From assembly GCA_964016885.1 (NCBI GenBank), contig OZ024749.1, positions 42,532,001 to 42,596,000 of the forward strand: DNA of 64,000 bases. The letters run 5' to 3'. Source of the DNA: Eledone cirrhosa (lineage: Eukaryota). The position numbers and the translations under genes were made by a program. Below the pieces are notes generated by a model, which worked only from the letters and a program-made list of their open reading frames with translations, was not told the DNA's origin and made no database searches. This document shows positions 30,805 through 50,117 of the stretch, in pieces. Positions within the stretch are counted from its first letter, which is position 1. The number at the start of each line of letters is the position of its first letter.

Positions 30805-31450
30805 GAGTGACGTCAGAAAATAAGGTGAACAAGTCATATGGCGTTAGAAGATATGGCGACTAATGGTAAAATGTGACGTAAGAAAACACGGCAACTAAGC
30901 AAAATGATGTTAGGTCATGCAGTAATCAAACGTAATAACGTTATAACGTGTCTACCAACTTTAATGACGTCAGAAAATACGTTATGTAAACGTAATAACG
31001 TTATAACATGTGGTAATCAAACGTAACAACGTTAGAACATGTCGACTAAATTTAATGACGTCAGAAAATACAGTATGTAAACTTAATGACGTTATAACAT
31101 GCGGTAACCAAACGTAATGACGTCAGTGCATGGCGACCAAATTTAAAGACGTCAGAAAATACGGTATGTAAACGTAATGACGTTAGACAAAGACGACCAA
31201 ATTTAATGACGTCAGAAAATACGGTATGTAAACGTAATGACGTAAGAACATGTGGTAACCAAACGTACTGACGTTGTAAAATACGGTATGTAAACGTAAT
31301 GACGCAAGAACATGTGGTAACCAAACGTAATGACGACATAAAATACATACAGTATATAAACGTAATGACGTAAGAACATGTGATAACCAAACGTAATGAC
31401 GACGTGAAATACTGTATGTAAACGTAATGACGTAAGAAAATATGGCGAAC
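30805..31450. repeat. degenerate ~31/62-bp tandem repeat rich in TGACGT
   Basis: Unit approximately AACGTAATGACGTCAGAAAATACGGTATGTA / AACGTAATGACGTAAGAACATGTGGTAACCA. Confidence 0.85.
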
Positions 31451-32524
31451 AAATAAATTGTGACTGGATTAAAAACTGCAAATATAATGGGACAACATAG
31501 CATTTAAAGAAACAATATAAGGGGGTTAAATATATTATGTAGAAATATGGCTCCTCAAAAAAACTAAACCATATTCAATAAAGAGAAAAGAATTAAAACG
31601 AAATATTAGGAAAGTATTTCAGAATGTCAATTACATTTTAGAGAAAAAAAACCTCTCGAAACAGAACCATTAATATAAATGTTTTGCTATATATTTGAAA
31701 ATGGGATCCACAATCAAAATATAGATATAATATAAAAACACTTATTTAAATTTTCATTATACGATTTAAATATATATTGTGATTGCTATAATCCTTTAGC
31801 TTTCGTTATTTCAAGCACTACTTGGATTATTTACATAAAACTTTGGGTTAAATTCATATTTTTTTTTTACATATTTGATATCAGTTTGTAAAACATCAAC
31901 ATCCATAGCAGCAACCCCCCCCCGCCCCAAAGCCCCCCCCCCCCCCCCTAAAAAAAAAAACCAATAACAAAACAATTAGAAATAAACAGTTATAAGCATG
32001 TAAGTAAATAAATATAAATACAAATATATTTATGACACCTATATTTACATATTTATTGAATTGGGTGGATTTATGGCAAATTTTAAGGCTGAAAATTCAA
32101 TACAATTTCTCAGGATTCATAAACATTAAATATTTATTACAATAATATAGCGACAGAAAATTACAAAATGGCGTAGATAGAATTACACCTACATATATCA
32201 TTGAAACACACACACACACACACACACATACACACACACACATATATATACACTATGTCTCACTCGTGGGAATGTATGTTGTATGACCATATCATTTGTA
32301 TTATAATTACATCAGCAATGGCAGGAATATATTTTATACATACATATATATAGACAACCGTACACACACACATACATTCACACACAGATATATATATATA
32401 CGTCTCATATATATATAATAATATATATATTTTGTATGCATATATATATTTTTTGTATATATATATATATATAATACATGATATATAATATGAATAATAT
32501 ATACAACATACAAGATATGTTATA

Positions 32525-32562
<38 letters not shown>

Positions 32563-32630
32563 TTGGTAAATGTGATATATATATATATATTATAGCGTAA
32601 AATATCATGTTTATTGTATATATATTATTG

Positions 32631-32692
<62 letters not shown>

Positions 32693-32694
<2 letters not shown>

Positions 32695-32877
32695 TTTTAA
32701 TATAGATGAGATTCTACAGGACTAGAACTGTTTCATTCTTTAGAAATCATATGATTTCTAAAGAATGAAACAGTTCTAGTCCTGTAGAATCTCATCTATA
32801 TTAAAACTTTTATACTCTGCAATGTATTGAGTACCTTGCTTACTGTGGTTACCTCCGATTCAACCCGGAATAACGTA

Positions 32878-32880
<3 letters not shown>
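32693..32880 (+). mobile_element. Penelope-like terminal fragment, family C, with perfect 58-bp-arm fold-back
   Basis: Palindrome 32693-32808 with no loop. The right arm begins ATGA-TTTCTAAAGAAT-GAAAC-AGTTCTA-GTC, a truncated HHR core. (TA)n on both sides. Confidence 0.7.
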
Positions 32881-32926
<46 letters not shown>

Positions 32927-32928
<2 letters not shown>

Positions 32929-33122
32929 CGAAGGAAATGTGGTAAGGAACCAGGTGGACCATAACGCACCAAAGTACTCAATACTTAGGGTAGTAGAGTG
33001 GGTAATAGGAACAAGTAAGACCCCGACGGCTGAGCTCAAGCCGTTTCGACGGCTAATTCTGTACTCAGTACAGAATTAGCCGTCGAAACGGCTTGAGCTC
33101 AGCCGTAGGGGTCTTACTTGTT

Positions 33123-33127
<5 letters not shown>
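32927..33127 (-). mobile_element. family B element with ~61-bp-arm fold-back
   Basis: Same terminus as 30395. Inverted repeat 33005-33127 with a 1-nt loop at 33066 and one mismatch. Confidence 0.8.
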
Positions 33128-33185
<58 letters not shown>

Positions 33186-33399
33186 ACATACATATATATG
33201 TATGTATATGCGTAAATCCGTTACAGAAATGTGAGATTGTGATGGTGTCGATTCATGCAGCATGTTTATATCAGATATGCTGTTTTAAATATAAATATAT
33301 GCAAATATTTATAGAGAAACACACATGAGCATTTTTTCTGGAATGGAGAAGAAACTGAATTGAAAACACACACGTATTTACATAAATACATACTTACAT

Positions 33400-38593
<5,194 letters not shown>

Positions 38594-39243
38594 AATGATC
38601 TCTCATCCACTCATAACACTCACACTCTGCACTAAATATACTTAATACTTAGTAATAAAGGTAGATGTGAAAATTTATTGATAAACTTATAAAGGAAGTC
38701 TTTGTTGTAGTATCACGTTTCCGAAAACACTGTTATCTTTTATAACACAACACAGAAATCACTTAGAAATTTATGGGCGGACACTGGGAACGATTGTGAA
38801 AGGAAAAGTTTAACAAGAATTACAAGAATAGCAAGAATATATTCTGTTATAGATATAAATAGAAAAACACAGACAACCTATTACTCACAGATTGGATTTA
38901 CCAATAGAAGCATGTTTGGTTTTTACGTTCTGTGTTTCGTTCGTTATTATTAATTTTTTTTCTTCATATTTTAATACATGTGTTTATTCTTTAGATTCTT
39001 TCACTATTTCCAATCATCGGGATTTGGCCATTCTAGAGCACCGTATTTCATTGTTATTTATAATAAAAAAAAAAAATTTATGTTTTATTCCGATTAATTC
39101 TATATATTGATATTTTGTTTGGTAGTTTTAGTATCAAGGCAGTAAGGGTTTAATTCGACTTAGATATATGAAAAAAGGACGTAATCGCTTCTTGTGTGTT
39201 TGTGTATATATATATATGTATAGTATATGTAAATCTATGTATG

Positions 39244-39284
<41 letters not shown>

Positions 39285-39405
39285 GAATGTATATTTAGTG
39301 TATTTTGCAATACACTGTATGCTTAATTAAAAGCATTTCGAAGACCTTACGCTATTGTTTTAGAGTAGTGACAGTCTCACTTACTTTAAATTTTCATAAA
39401 ACAAG

Positions 39406-39467
39406 GGAGATAAAGCTGATAGAGCTCTGTTTCGTACTGATTCGTACTTATCAAAGCCAAGTACTCC
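39406..39467 (-). ncRNA. type I hammerhead ribozyme, U3-A8 variant core
   Basis: GGAG tactt GGCT-TTGATAA-GTAC gaatca GTAC-GAAA-CAGAGCTCT-ATC-AGCT ttat CTCC. Confidence 0.7.
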
Positions 39468-39746
39468 ACCTGTTTGCTGAAAATCATGAATGTTTGCTGA
39501 AAATTTAAAGTAAGTGAGACTGTCACTACTCTAAAATAATAGCATAAGGTCTTCGAAATGCTTTTAATTAAGCATACAGTGTATTGCAAAATACACTAAA
39601 TATACATTCATATATATATAGCTATTTCAGAGCACCAATTCTAATTTTCAATTTCTGCTTGACCTGCAACCGTTCTGTATAATCAGTTCCTGATTATTAC
39701 TAGAATTCTATAAGAATCAAATATTCATGATTTTCAGCAAACAGAT

Positions 39747-39808
39747 GGAGTACTTGGCTTTGATAAGTACCAATCAGTACGAAACAGAGCTCTGCCAGCT
39801 TTATCTCC
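39747..39808 (+). ncRNA. type I hammerhead ribozyme, U3-A8 variant core (cleavage triplet mutated to GCC)
   Basis: GGAG tactt GGCT-TTGATAA-GTAC caatca GTAC-GAAA-CAGAGCTCT-GCC-AGCT ttat CTCC. Confidence 0.7.
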
Positions 39809-39957
39809 CTTGTTTGCTAAAATTTAAAGTAAGTGAGACTGTCACTACTCTAAAACAATAACATAAGGTCTTCGAAATGCTTTTAATTAAGCATACAGTG
39901 TATTGCAAAATACACTATATATACATTCATATATATATAGCTATTTCAGAGCACCAA

Positions 39958-40034
<77 letters not shown>

Positions 40035-40077
40035 ACATGTGGCGTAGATGCATAAATAATTACATTTAAATATATAG

Positions 40078-40196
<119 letters not shown>

Positions 40197-40334
40197 CACT
40201 CTCTTTCTCTCTCTCTTTCTCTCTCTCTTTTTCTCCTTTTGTTTCTCTCTCCCTCACACAGACGCAACACAACTACTCATTGCGATGAAAACTTGAACAC
40301 GTTTTTGCTTTTCTGATATATATATATATATATA

Positions 40335-40484
40335 ATTGTGTGTGTCTGTGTGTGTGTGTGTGTGCATATATTATACTGATGTTTGTGTGTGTGTGTGTGT
40401 GTGTATATATTATACAAATGTTTGTGCGTGTGTGTGCATATATTATACAAATGTTTGTGTGTGTGTGCGTGCGTATATTATGCT

Positions 40485-40537
<53 letters not shown>

Positions 40538-40925
40538 CTGTGTGTGTATATTATACTGGTGTGTGTTTGTGTGCCTATGTGTGTATATTAAACTGGCGTG
40601 TGTGTATGTGTGTGTGTGTGCCTATGTGTGTATATTAAACTGGTGTGTGTGTATGTGTGTGTGTGTGCCTCTGTGTGTATATTATACTGGTGTGTGTTTG
40701 TGTGCCTATGTGTGTATATTAAACTGGTGTGTGTGTGTGTGTGTGTGCCTATGTGTGTATATTATACTGGTGTGTGTGTGTGTGCCTATGTGTGTATATT
40801 ATACTGGTGTGTGTGTGTGTGCGCCTATGTGTGTATATTATACTGGTGTGTGTGTGTTTATGAGTGTATATTATGCTGGTGTGTGCGTGTATATATTATA
40901 CTGGTGTTTGAGTGTGTCTATGTGT
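40335..40925. repeat. (GT)n-based minisatellite with ATATTATACTGGT spacer
   Basis: Directly visible. Confidence 0.9.
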
Positions 40926-41168
40926 GTAAAAAAACATTGATATCTCGGCTGAGTATCGACCCTTATTCTAAATTTTTGTACAATGGCTGATCCAGTGACT
41001 AAGGAATCAATCAGGATGTTTTCGATTGATGATTAAGTTTGTCGGATCATTTTATATCCCTCCATCTTGAAATACATCACGATTCGACACGTTCTATCTC
41101 TGTTGATTTGTCTTATCCCTTTGTGTAATCAGTCGGCTTTCCACTTCCATGTATTGGTTGATCGTGTG

Positions 41169-41223
<55 letters not shown>

Positions 41224-41336
41224 ATATATTTATATATATATTTATATATATATATTTATATATATATTTATATATATATTTATATATATATTTATATATA
41301 TATATATATTTATATATATATTTATATATATATATT

Positions 41337-41371
<35 letters not shown>

Positions 41372-41372
41372 T

Positions 41373-41409
<37 letters not shown>

Positions 41410-41436
41410 TTATATATATGATATATATATAAATAT

Positions 41437-41468
<32 letters not shown>

Positions 41469-41592
41469 TATATACATATATATATATATATTATATATAT
41501 TCATATTATATATTATATATATATTATATATATATATATATATGGTATATATTTATATTATATATTATATATGATATATATATATATATATA

Positions 41593-41649
<57 letters not shown>

Positions 41650-41720
41650 TGATATATATATATATTTATATATATATATTATATATATATATTTATATAT
41701 ATATATATATGATATATATG

Positions 41721-41751
<31 letters not shown>

Positions 41752-41872
41752 ATATACAGCAACACCCATCAGGCTAGAAATTTCTTTAGTCTAAAATACG
41801 GTGAAAGCTTACAATTTCTAACTCGCGCACCGTTTCAGAAACATACTTACATGTTCACGTTTATAATTTGCT

Positions 41873-41914
<42 letters not shown>

Positions 41915-42003
41915 TATTATATATATATAATATATATATATATTATATTATATTTTATATATATATATATCAGCATATATATATGGTATATCACCAGCTG
42001 CCG

Positions 42004-42054
<51 letters not shown>

Positions 42055-42107
42055 CGTTTCTGAATTTGGCAACGTGACCCTCCCAAAGTATAACAATATA
42101 TATAACA

Positions 42108-42494
<387 letters not shown>

Positions 42495-42661
42495 ATATAT
42501 ATATATATATATATATATGTAGCAGCTGCTGATATACCAACAACAACAAATCACGAGCACAAACAACAACAATAACAAGAATAATAACGAAAACCAAAAC
42601 AACAAGAGCAAGAAGAACAGTAACAATAACAACAACAGAAACTAATTATTATTTATACTAT

Positions 42662-43050
42662 AGGCGGTGGATTGGCAGTATCGGTAGAGGGTCGGACGCC
42701 ATGCTTTCCAGCATAGTTACGTCCCTTTACGATCTGAGTTCAAATCCCGCCGAGGTTGACTTTGCCTTTCATCCTTACGGGGTCGATAAAATAAAGTACC
42801 AGTAATGCACTGGATAATTGCTGGCCTTGTGCCTAAAGTAGAAACAATTATTTATACTATAGGCACAAGGCCAGCAATTTTAAGGAAGAGCGGAAAGTCT
42901 ATTGAATGAACCCCACTGCATTACTGGTACTTTATTTTATCGACTCCGTAAGGATGAAAGGCAAAGTTATCCTCGACGGGGTTTGAACTCAGACCATACA
43001 GGGCCGTAACTCCATCCTGCAAAGAATGGCGCCCGACCATCTAACAACGA
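42662..43050. mobile_element. tail-to-tail SINE S1 pair (+ 42662-42850, - 42855-43050)
   Basis: The direct repeat ATTATTTATACTATAGGC flanks the + copy and belongs to the tail of the - copy, indicating nested insertion. Confidence 0.85.
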
Positions 43051-43713
43051 TAACTAAAATCAACAACAACAAAAGCAATATTAGTAGAAGTGGGAATATC
43101 TGTAGGAAGAAGGACTCTCTCTCTCTCTCTCTCTCTCTGGAAGAAATCAGCTGTTTTGATCAGGAGAGGGATGGCCTCTGTCAGATTTAAACGTCCAAGA
43201 CAGACCCTATGTCACGATGGTGACCCTGAGATTCCAATAACAGTGAAGTCTCCTTAACCTTTACCTACGTAACAGCATGTTTTTTTTTTTTTTATTGTCA
43301 AGATCGGGAACGATGAAAAGCAAAGTTGACCTTGGTGGGAACTGAACTGAGAATGTTATGGCGGTGGATGAAATTACAATAATAATAGGGGGGGGGGGAG
43401 GAGGAGGAGGAGAAGGAGGAACGAGAGGAGGAGGAGGAGGACGTTGAAGGAAATGTAAATATATGTTAAAAAATAACTGCTGGAATCAACGGCTTCATTG
43501 TCCACAATTGACAGCTGAGGTAACAACAATAGCAACAACAACAACAATAGCAACAAACAAACAATAGCAGCAAAAACAGCAACAACAACAAAAACAAAAC
43601 AACATCAACGACAACGATGACAACAATAACAACAACGATAAGAATAGCAACAACAGCAACAAACAAACAAAAACATGATATTTATTCAAGAATACTGTGT
43701 GTGTATATAATAT

Positions 43714-43803
<90 letters not shown>

Positions 43804-43848
43804 TCTAACTCTTTCTCTCTTAACCAACCACCCACCTAATACATCTAT

Positions 43849-43974
<126 letters not shown>

Positions 43975-44015
43975 TAACTCTTTCTCTCTTAACCAACCAC
44001 CCACCCAATACATTT

Positions 44016-44076
<61 letters not shown>

Positions 44077-44152
44077 TATATATATACCCTTATGTACATG
44101 CGAAATGTTTAAACGCGCAAAATCAAGTTTAAATAGAAATGGATGGCTGGCT

Positions 44153-44226
<74 letters not shown>

Positions 44227-44984
44227 GAGAGACAGAGGGAGAGAGAGAGAGAGAGAGAGCGACAAAAAATGGCAGAGAGTTACGAAATAGGAGCACCACA
44301 ACGACCCTCCCCCCCCCCGAAAAAAACACACGCCACAAAATGATAAATAATACGAACAACAACAAAGCAAGCAATATAAAAACAACAGCAACAACAACTA
44401 CAAAAGAAAGAGAAAAACAAAATGAACGCCTGGAGAAAGGGAAAGGAAGGAAATATATGATATAAAGAAAAAGTGATTGATCCTTTTGTAAATTGTAGCA
44501 AAGATGGTTTTGGTGTCCAAGACACGTATTTTGATGATTTCTAAAGAATTCTGAGAAATGCATACGTAATAACATATCACCATCACCTTCACCATTACTA
44601 CCTTTATCATCATTATTATCATCATCATTATCATCACTTCACTGACTTAACTGTTGTGGCTGTTGTTGTTGCGGTGGTTGTTGTTGTTGTGGTTGTCGTG
44701 GTTGTTGTTGTGGTTGTTGTTGTTGAGGTGGTCGATGTTGTTATCGATTTAATTGTTGTTGTTGTTGTTGCGATTGAATGGGAGTATTGCATATGAAAAA
44801 TATATTTAAAAAAAATGAGAAAAATCTGCCAAAAAAAAAAAAAGCCGAATTAAATAAACGAAAAAAATTTAAATAGTCGCCATTTTCTTTCTTTCTTTCT
44901 TTCTTTCTCATCTTTCTTCCATTTTTTTCTTTCTTTCTTCATTTTATCCTCATCATCAGCAGCAGCAGCATCACAATTGTTATG

Positions 44985-45184
44985 NNNNNNNNNNNNNNNN
45001 NNNNNNNNNNNNNNNNNNNNNNNNNNNNNNNNNNNNNNNNNNNNNNNNNNNNNNNNNNNNNNNNNNNNNNNNNNNNNNNNNNNNNNNNNNNNNNNNNNNN
45101 NNNNNNNNNNNNNNNNNNNNNNNNNNNNNNNNNNNNNNNNNNNNNNNNNNNNNNNNNNNNNNNNNNNNNNNNNNNNNNNNNNNN
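44985..45184. other. assembly gap (200 N)
   Basis: Run of N. Confidence 1.
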
Positions 45185-45296
45185 TGTAAGCATGTGTTTA
45201 TGTTTGTATATATCTATGTAATCATGTATCTTTGGTTGCATAAAATACATATATATAAATACATACATACATACATACATACACATATATATATAT

Positions 45297-45367
<71 letters not shown>

Positions 45368-45805
45368 TATACATACAGAGAGAAAGAGAAATAAAGATGT
45401 AGAAAGACAGAGATAGGAAGAGAGAGAAAGAGAAAAAGAAAGAGAAAGGGAATAGGGGAATGGTAAGATTGCTGTAATCTGCTCGAAGCATTGAACATTA
45501 TAAAAAGGCTGGCAGCAGAATACGATGGTAATGCAGTTGAGAATAGATGAAACATAAACAAGAACATAAACTGCAACATTAAAATATTTAATAATCTTGA
45601 TATTTCGGGCGAAAATGATCCAAGCCATATGCTTCTACGACGAGATGGATTTTCACCCGAAATATCCAGGATTATTAAATGTTTTAATGTAGCACTTTAA
45701 TCTCTTTGTCTTTATTTATATTTCATCTCGATTTTAAACTATTTTTAAACTGCATTTTCATCGCATTGTAAATCAATGTTTTTATATTATTTAATGCTTG
45801 ATGGA

Positions 45806-45861
45806 AAGTACAACAATCCCTCTTTGTTTTATATCCTTCCTTTCTTTGTCTCCCTCTCTCA

Positions 45862-45945
<84 letters not shown>

Positions 45946-46093
45946 ACACGCACATATATATACAGATATATATATATATATGTATATATATCTGTATATA
46001 TATGTGCGTGTGTTTATATATATATATATATATATATACAGTGAGAGAGACAAAGAAACGAATAATATAAAACAAAGAGGGATTGTTGTACTT
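45806..46093. repeat. large imperfect palindrome centred on a TA-rich core
   Basis: AAGTACAACAATCCCTCTTTGTTTTATAT pairs with ATATAAAACAAAGAGGGATTGTTGTACTT; inner AAACACACGCA(C)ATAT pairs with ATATGTGCGTGTGTTT. Confidence 0.85.
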
Positions 46094-46104
46094 ATATATA
46101 TATA

Positions 46105-46732
46105 TATAAGTCGTTAGGAGTCGGTTTAAATGACTCGCTGTGAGTTCAAATCCTCCCCAGGTCAATTTTGGTTGTGGTAAGGAAACGTCAATTATATCGA
46201 CTTCAGTGCAGTTACTGTTGCTTTACGTTAACAATCCCGTAAAGGATGAAAGGCAAAGACGACATCTACCGGATTTAAAAAGCAACAATTCTGCCCATTC
46301 GCCGCCATCAATAGCAATAATAACGGTTTCTACTTTTTGGCACAAGGCCAGCAATTATTCCAGTGTATTACTGGTACTTTATTTTATCGACCCCGTAAGG
46401 ATGAAAGGCAAAGTTAACCTCGGCAGGATTTGAACTCAGTCCGTAAAGGGCCGTAACTCTATGATACAAAGCATGGTGTTCGACCATCTACCGATACTGC
46501 CAATGCTAATAACGGTTTCTTATATAGGCACAAGGCCAGCAATTTTGGGGGAGGGGAAAGTCGATTAAATCGACCCCCAGTTCGTGACTGATACTTTATT
46601 TTATCGACCCCCGTAAGGATGAAAGGCCGAGTAACCTGGCCGAGATTTGAACTCAGATCAAAAAGGGCCGTAACTCTATGCTGCAAAGCATGGTGTCTCA
46701 CCCTCTACCGATACTGCCAATCCACCGCCATT
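46105..46732 (-). mobile_element. SINE S1 cluster (one short + fragment, then three - copies)
   Basis: Reverse-complement bodies at about 46230-46310, 46320-46505 and 46510-46730. Confidence 0.85.
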
Positions 46733-46963
46733 ATCAATAGCAATAATAACGACAGCAATAATATTAAAAGGAATAACAACAGCAATAACAACAACACACA
46801 AACCACCACCACCACCACCACCACCACCACAACAACAACAATTGCTGTAACTGTGTAATTATTGAGTATTTAGTTCATTTAAACTGCTGACCTGAACTCT
46901 GAACTCCCACCATTAGGTATTGCTTTAGAGAAGGAGGGGAGGAAGTTCACTAATAAAACAAGC

Positions 46964-46964
<1 letters not shown>

Positions 46965-47036
<72 letters not shown>

Positions 47037-47290
47037 TGTATATATATATATATATATATGCATGTATATATATATATATGCATGTATATATATATATATG
47101 CATGTATATATATATATATGCATGTATATATATATATATATATGCATGTATATATATATATATGCATGTATATATATATATATGCATGTATATATTTATA
47201 TGCATGTATATTTTTATATGCATGTATATTTTTATATGCATGTATGTATATATATATATGTATGTATATATATATATATATATATGTATG

Positions 47291-47379
<89 letters not shown>

Positions 47380-47504
47380 GTATATATATATATATGTATA
47401 TATATGTATATATATATATATGTATATATATGTATATATATATGTATATATATATATATGTATATATATATGTATGTATATATATATACGTATATATATA
47501 TATG

Positions 47505-47553
<49 letters not shown>

Positions 47554-47584
47554 GTATATATATATATGTATATATATATATATG

Positions 47585-47616
<32 letters not shown>

Positions 47617-47624
47617 TATGTATG

Positions 47625-47659
<35 letters not shown>

Positions 47660-47674
47660 GTATATATATGTATG

Positions 47675-47710
<36 letters not shown>

Positions 47711-47837
47711 TGTATGTATATATATATATGTATGTATATATATATGTATGTATATATATATGTATGTATATATGTATGTATGCATATATGTATATATATA
47801 CATACATATATATATATACATACATACATATACATAC

Positions 47838-47868
<31 letters not shown>

Positions 47869-47944
47869 AACATCATACATACATATATATACATCATATA
47901 TACATACATATATATATATATACATATATATATACACATACACA

Positions 47945-47982
<38 letters not shown>

Positions 47983-47985
47983 CTA
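46965..47985. repeat. (TA)n/(TATG)n tract
   Basis: Directly visible. Confidence 0.95.
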
Positions 47986-48650
47986 ACTACATGAAAACGA
48001 TCATTATGATGATTGAAAGACCCAACAAGCCGGCGGGTTCTATGACATGCATTCGTTATCCAGATTCCAGAAACCCACTGACTATCGATACGAAATTCGA
48101 AAGGGTTCTGTGTTTAGATTGATCGTCTACATTATTTAAATATTTAGCTTATATGTACTAAGTGTAATCGATACAGATCGTACAAGTAAGCAAACGAAGG
48201 CAAACACATGCATAGACACGATCGTACTAATGATATCCGCAAGAAGTACAACATCTATATATAAACAAAACAACAAGCAACAGAAAATATAAATACAATA
48301 CGTAAACAGAAAAAACACATAAACACATTAGCAAACACAGGAATATAATTTACATAATGTCCATATTTTATTTATAAGAATGCCAGAAATCGTAAATATG
48401 TTTACGTAATAATTAGTTATCCTGACATATTTGGAAATCGATGAAATGGCAGAAGGAGAATACTACAGTAGGTAACAAGTTGGTGGCATGACCATAAGAC
48501 CGGATGTTCCTGGACCGGCTGGCGCGTTGTGCTGTTGAGCTAAATACTTTATTTCACGTTGTTGCTTCCACAGGGAGTTGTAACCGATCGATAGTATCAG
48601 TGGTGGTGGAAAGACGAGTGGTTCCTTTCCTTTTTATACACACACACACT

Positions 48651-48746
<96 letters not shown>

Positions 48747-49187
48747 AAGCAACCAAGGTAAAACTTTCAGCTCACTGCGACTTTTGTACTAAATAACTTT
48801 CTAGAGTCTATACTTGAGTGTTTATCCCTCACTCCATTAATATTTGAACGATTTAAAAACCTACAGTACTTTATACATATTCTAGTATATATATCTTTAT
48901 ATATATATTACGGTATGTGCGCATTTCTTCTAAGTTTAATTTTACTACTAATTACGTGCGGTTGACGATGTATTTGATCGGATTCTGCATGCTGCCGAAG
49001 TGTTTGATAGATAATGGAACGGAGTTAACGCGAACTGGCTGCGGTCAATTATTTGTCGGAGATTTCCCCGTTAGAAAATTTACTCTTAAAGCTTGCTAGA
49101 TTTGATTATGTATATGGTTAATTATGCTGATTAGAAGAAGAAATAGTATATATTTTAATATCTGATTGATTCTATAGACATGTTTTA

Positions 49188-49257
<70 letters not shown>

Positions 49258-49258
<1 letters not shown>

Positions 49259-49422
49259 TAGGAAAAGAGTCAGGCCCCGACGGCTGAGCTCTGGCTGTTT
49301 CGACAGCCGGAGCTCAGCCGTCGGGGTCCTGACTCTTTTCCTATTACCCACTCTACTACCCTAAGTATCGAGTACTCTAGTGCGCTATGGTCCACCTGGT
49401 ATCTTACCACACCCTCTTTGTT
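49258..49422 (+). mobile_element. family B element with ~42-bp-arm fold-back
   Basis: Element on the + strand ending CACACCCTCTTTGTT at (TA)n. Inverted repeat 49258-49344 with a TTCG loop. Confidence 0.8.
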
Positions 49423-49473
49423 ATATATATCTGATAAAGATACCGAATGTGTGGTGTTATTAAACCAGGTGAA

Positions 49474-49668
49474 GGGCGGGGGATTGGCAGAATCGGTAGA
49501 GCGTCGTAACCATGCTTTTCAGCTTGAAGTTACGTCCCTTTATGATCTGAGTTCAAATCCCGCCGAGGTTAACTTTGCCTTTCACCCTTACCGGGGTCGA
49601 TAAAATAAAGTACCAGTAATGTACTGGGGAGAAAATTGCTGGCCTTGTGCCTATAGTAGAAACAATTA
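49474..49668 (+). mobile_element. SINE S1 with 16-bp TSD
   Basis: TTATTAAACCAGGTGA at 49457-49472 and 49666-49681. Confidence 0.9.
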
Positions 49669-49719
49669 TTAAACCAGGTGACGGATTATGTTTATAACAA
49701 CCATATCTAAGGTTAATGT

Positions 49720-50117
49720 TATCATCATCATCATCGTCATCATCATCATCGTCATCATCATCATCGTCATCATCATCATCGTCATCATCATCATTGTCAT
49801 CGTCATCATTGTCATAATCATCGTCATCATAATCATCATCATCATCGTCATCGTCATCATCGTCATTGTCATAATCATCGTCATCATCATCATTGTCATC
49901 ATCATCATTGTCATAATCATCGTCATCGTCGTCGTCGTCGTCATCAATATCGCTATTATCATCATCATCATCATAATTGTCGCATTCGTCACCATTACCA
50001 TCATCCTCATCACTATTGTCGATATCATCATCACCATCATCATCATCAACATCGTCAACGTCATCATCATCGTCAACGTCATCATCATCATCATCATCGT
50101 CATCATCATCATCATCA
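49720..50117. repeat. (CAT)n degenerate trinucleotide repeat
   Basis: Directly visible. Confidence 0.95.

Larger units (their letters stand above)
39281..39962 (+). mobile_element. Penelope-like remnant, family D, with inverted copy plus partial direct repeat (pLTR-like)
   Basis: 39281-39491 is the reverse complement of ~39724-39935. 39491-39640 is a direct repeat of 39811-39960. Flanked by (TA)n, with two HHR copies. Confidence 0.8.
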
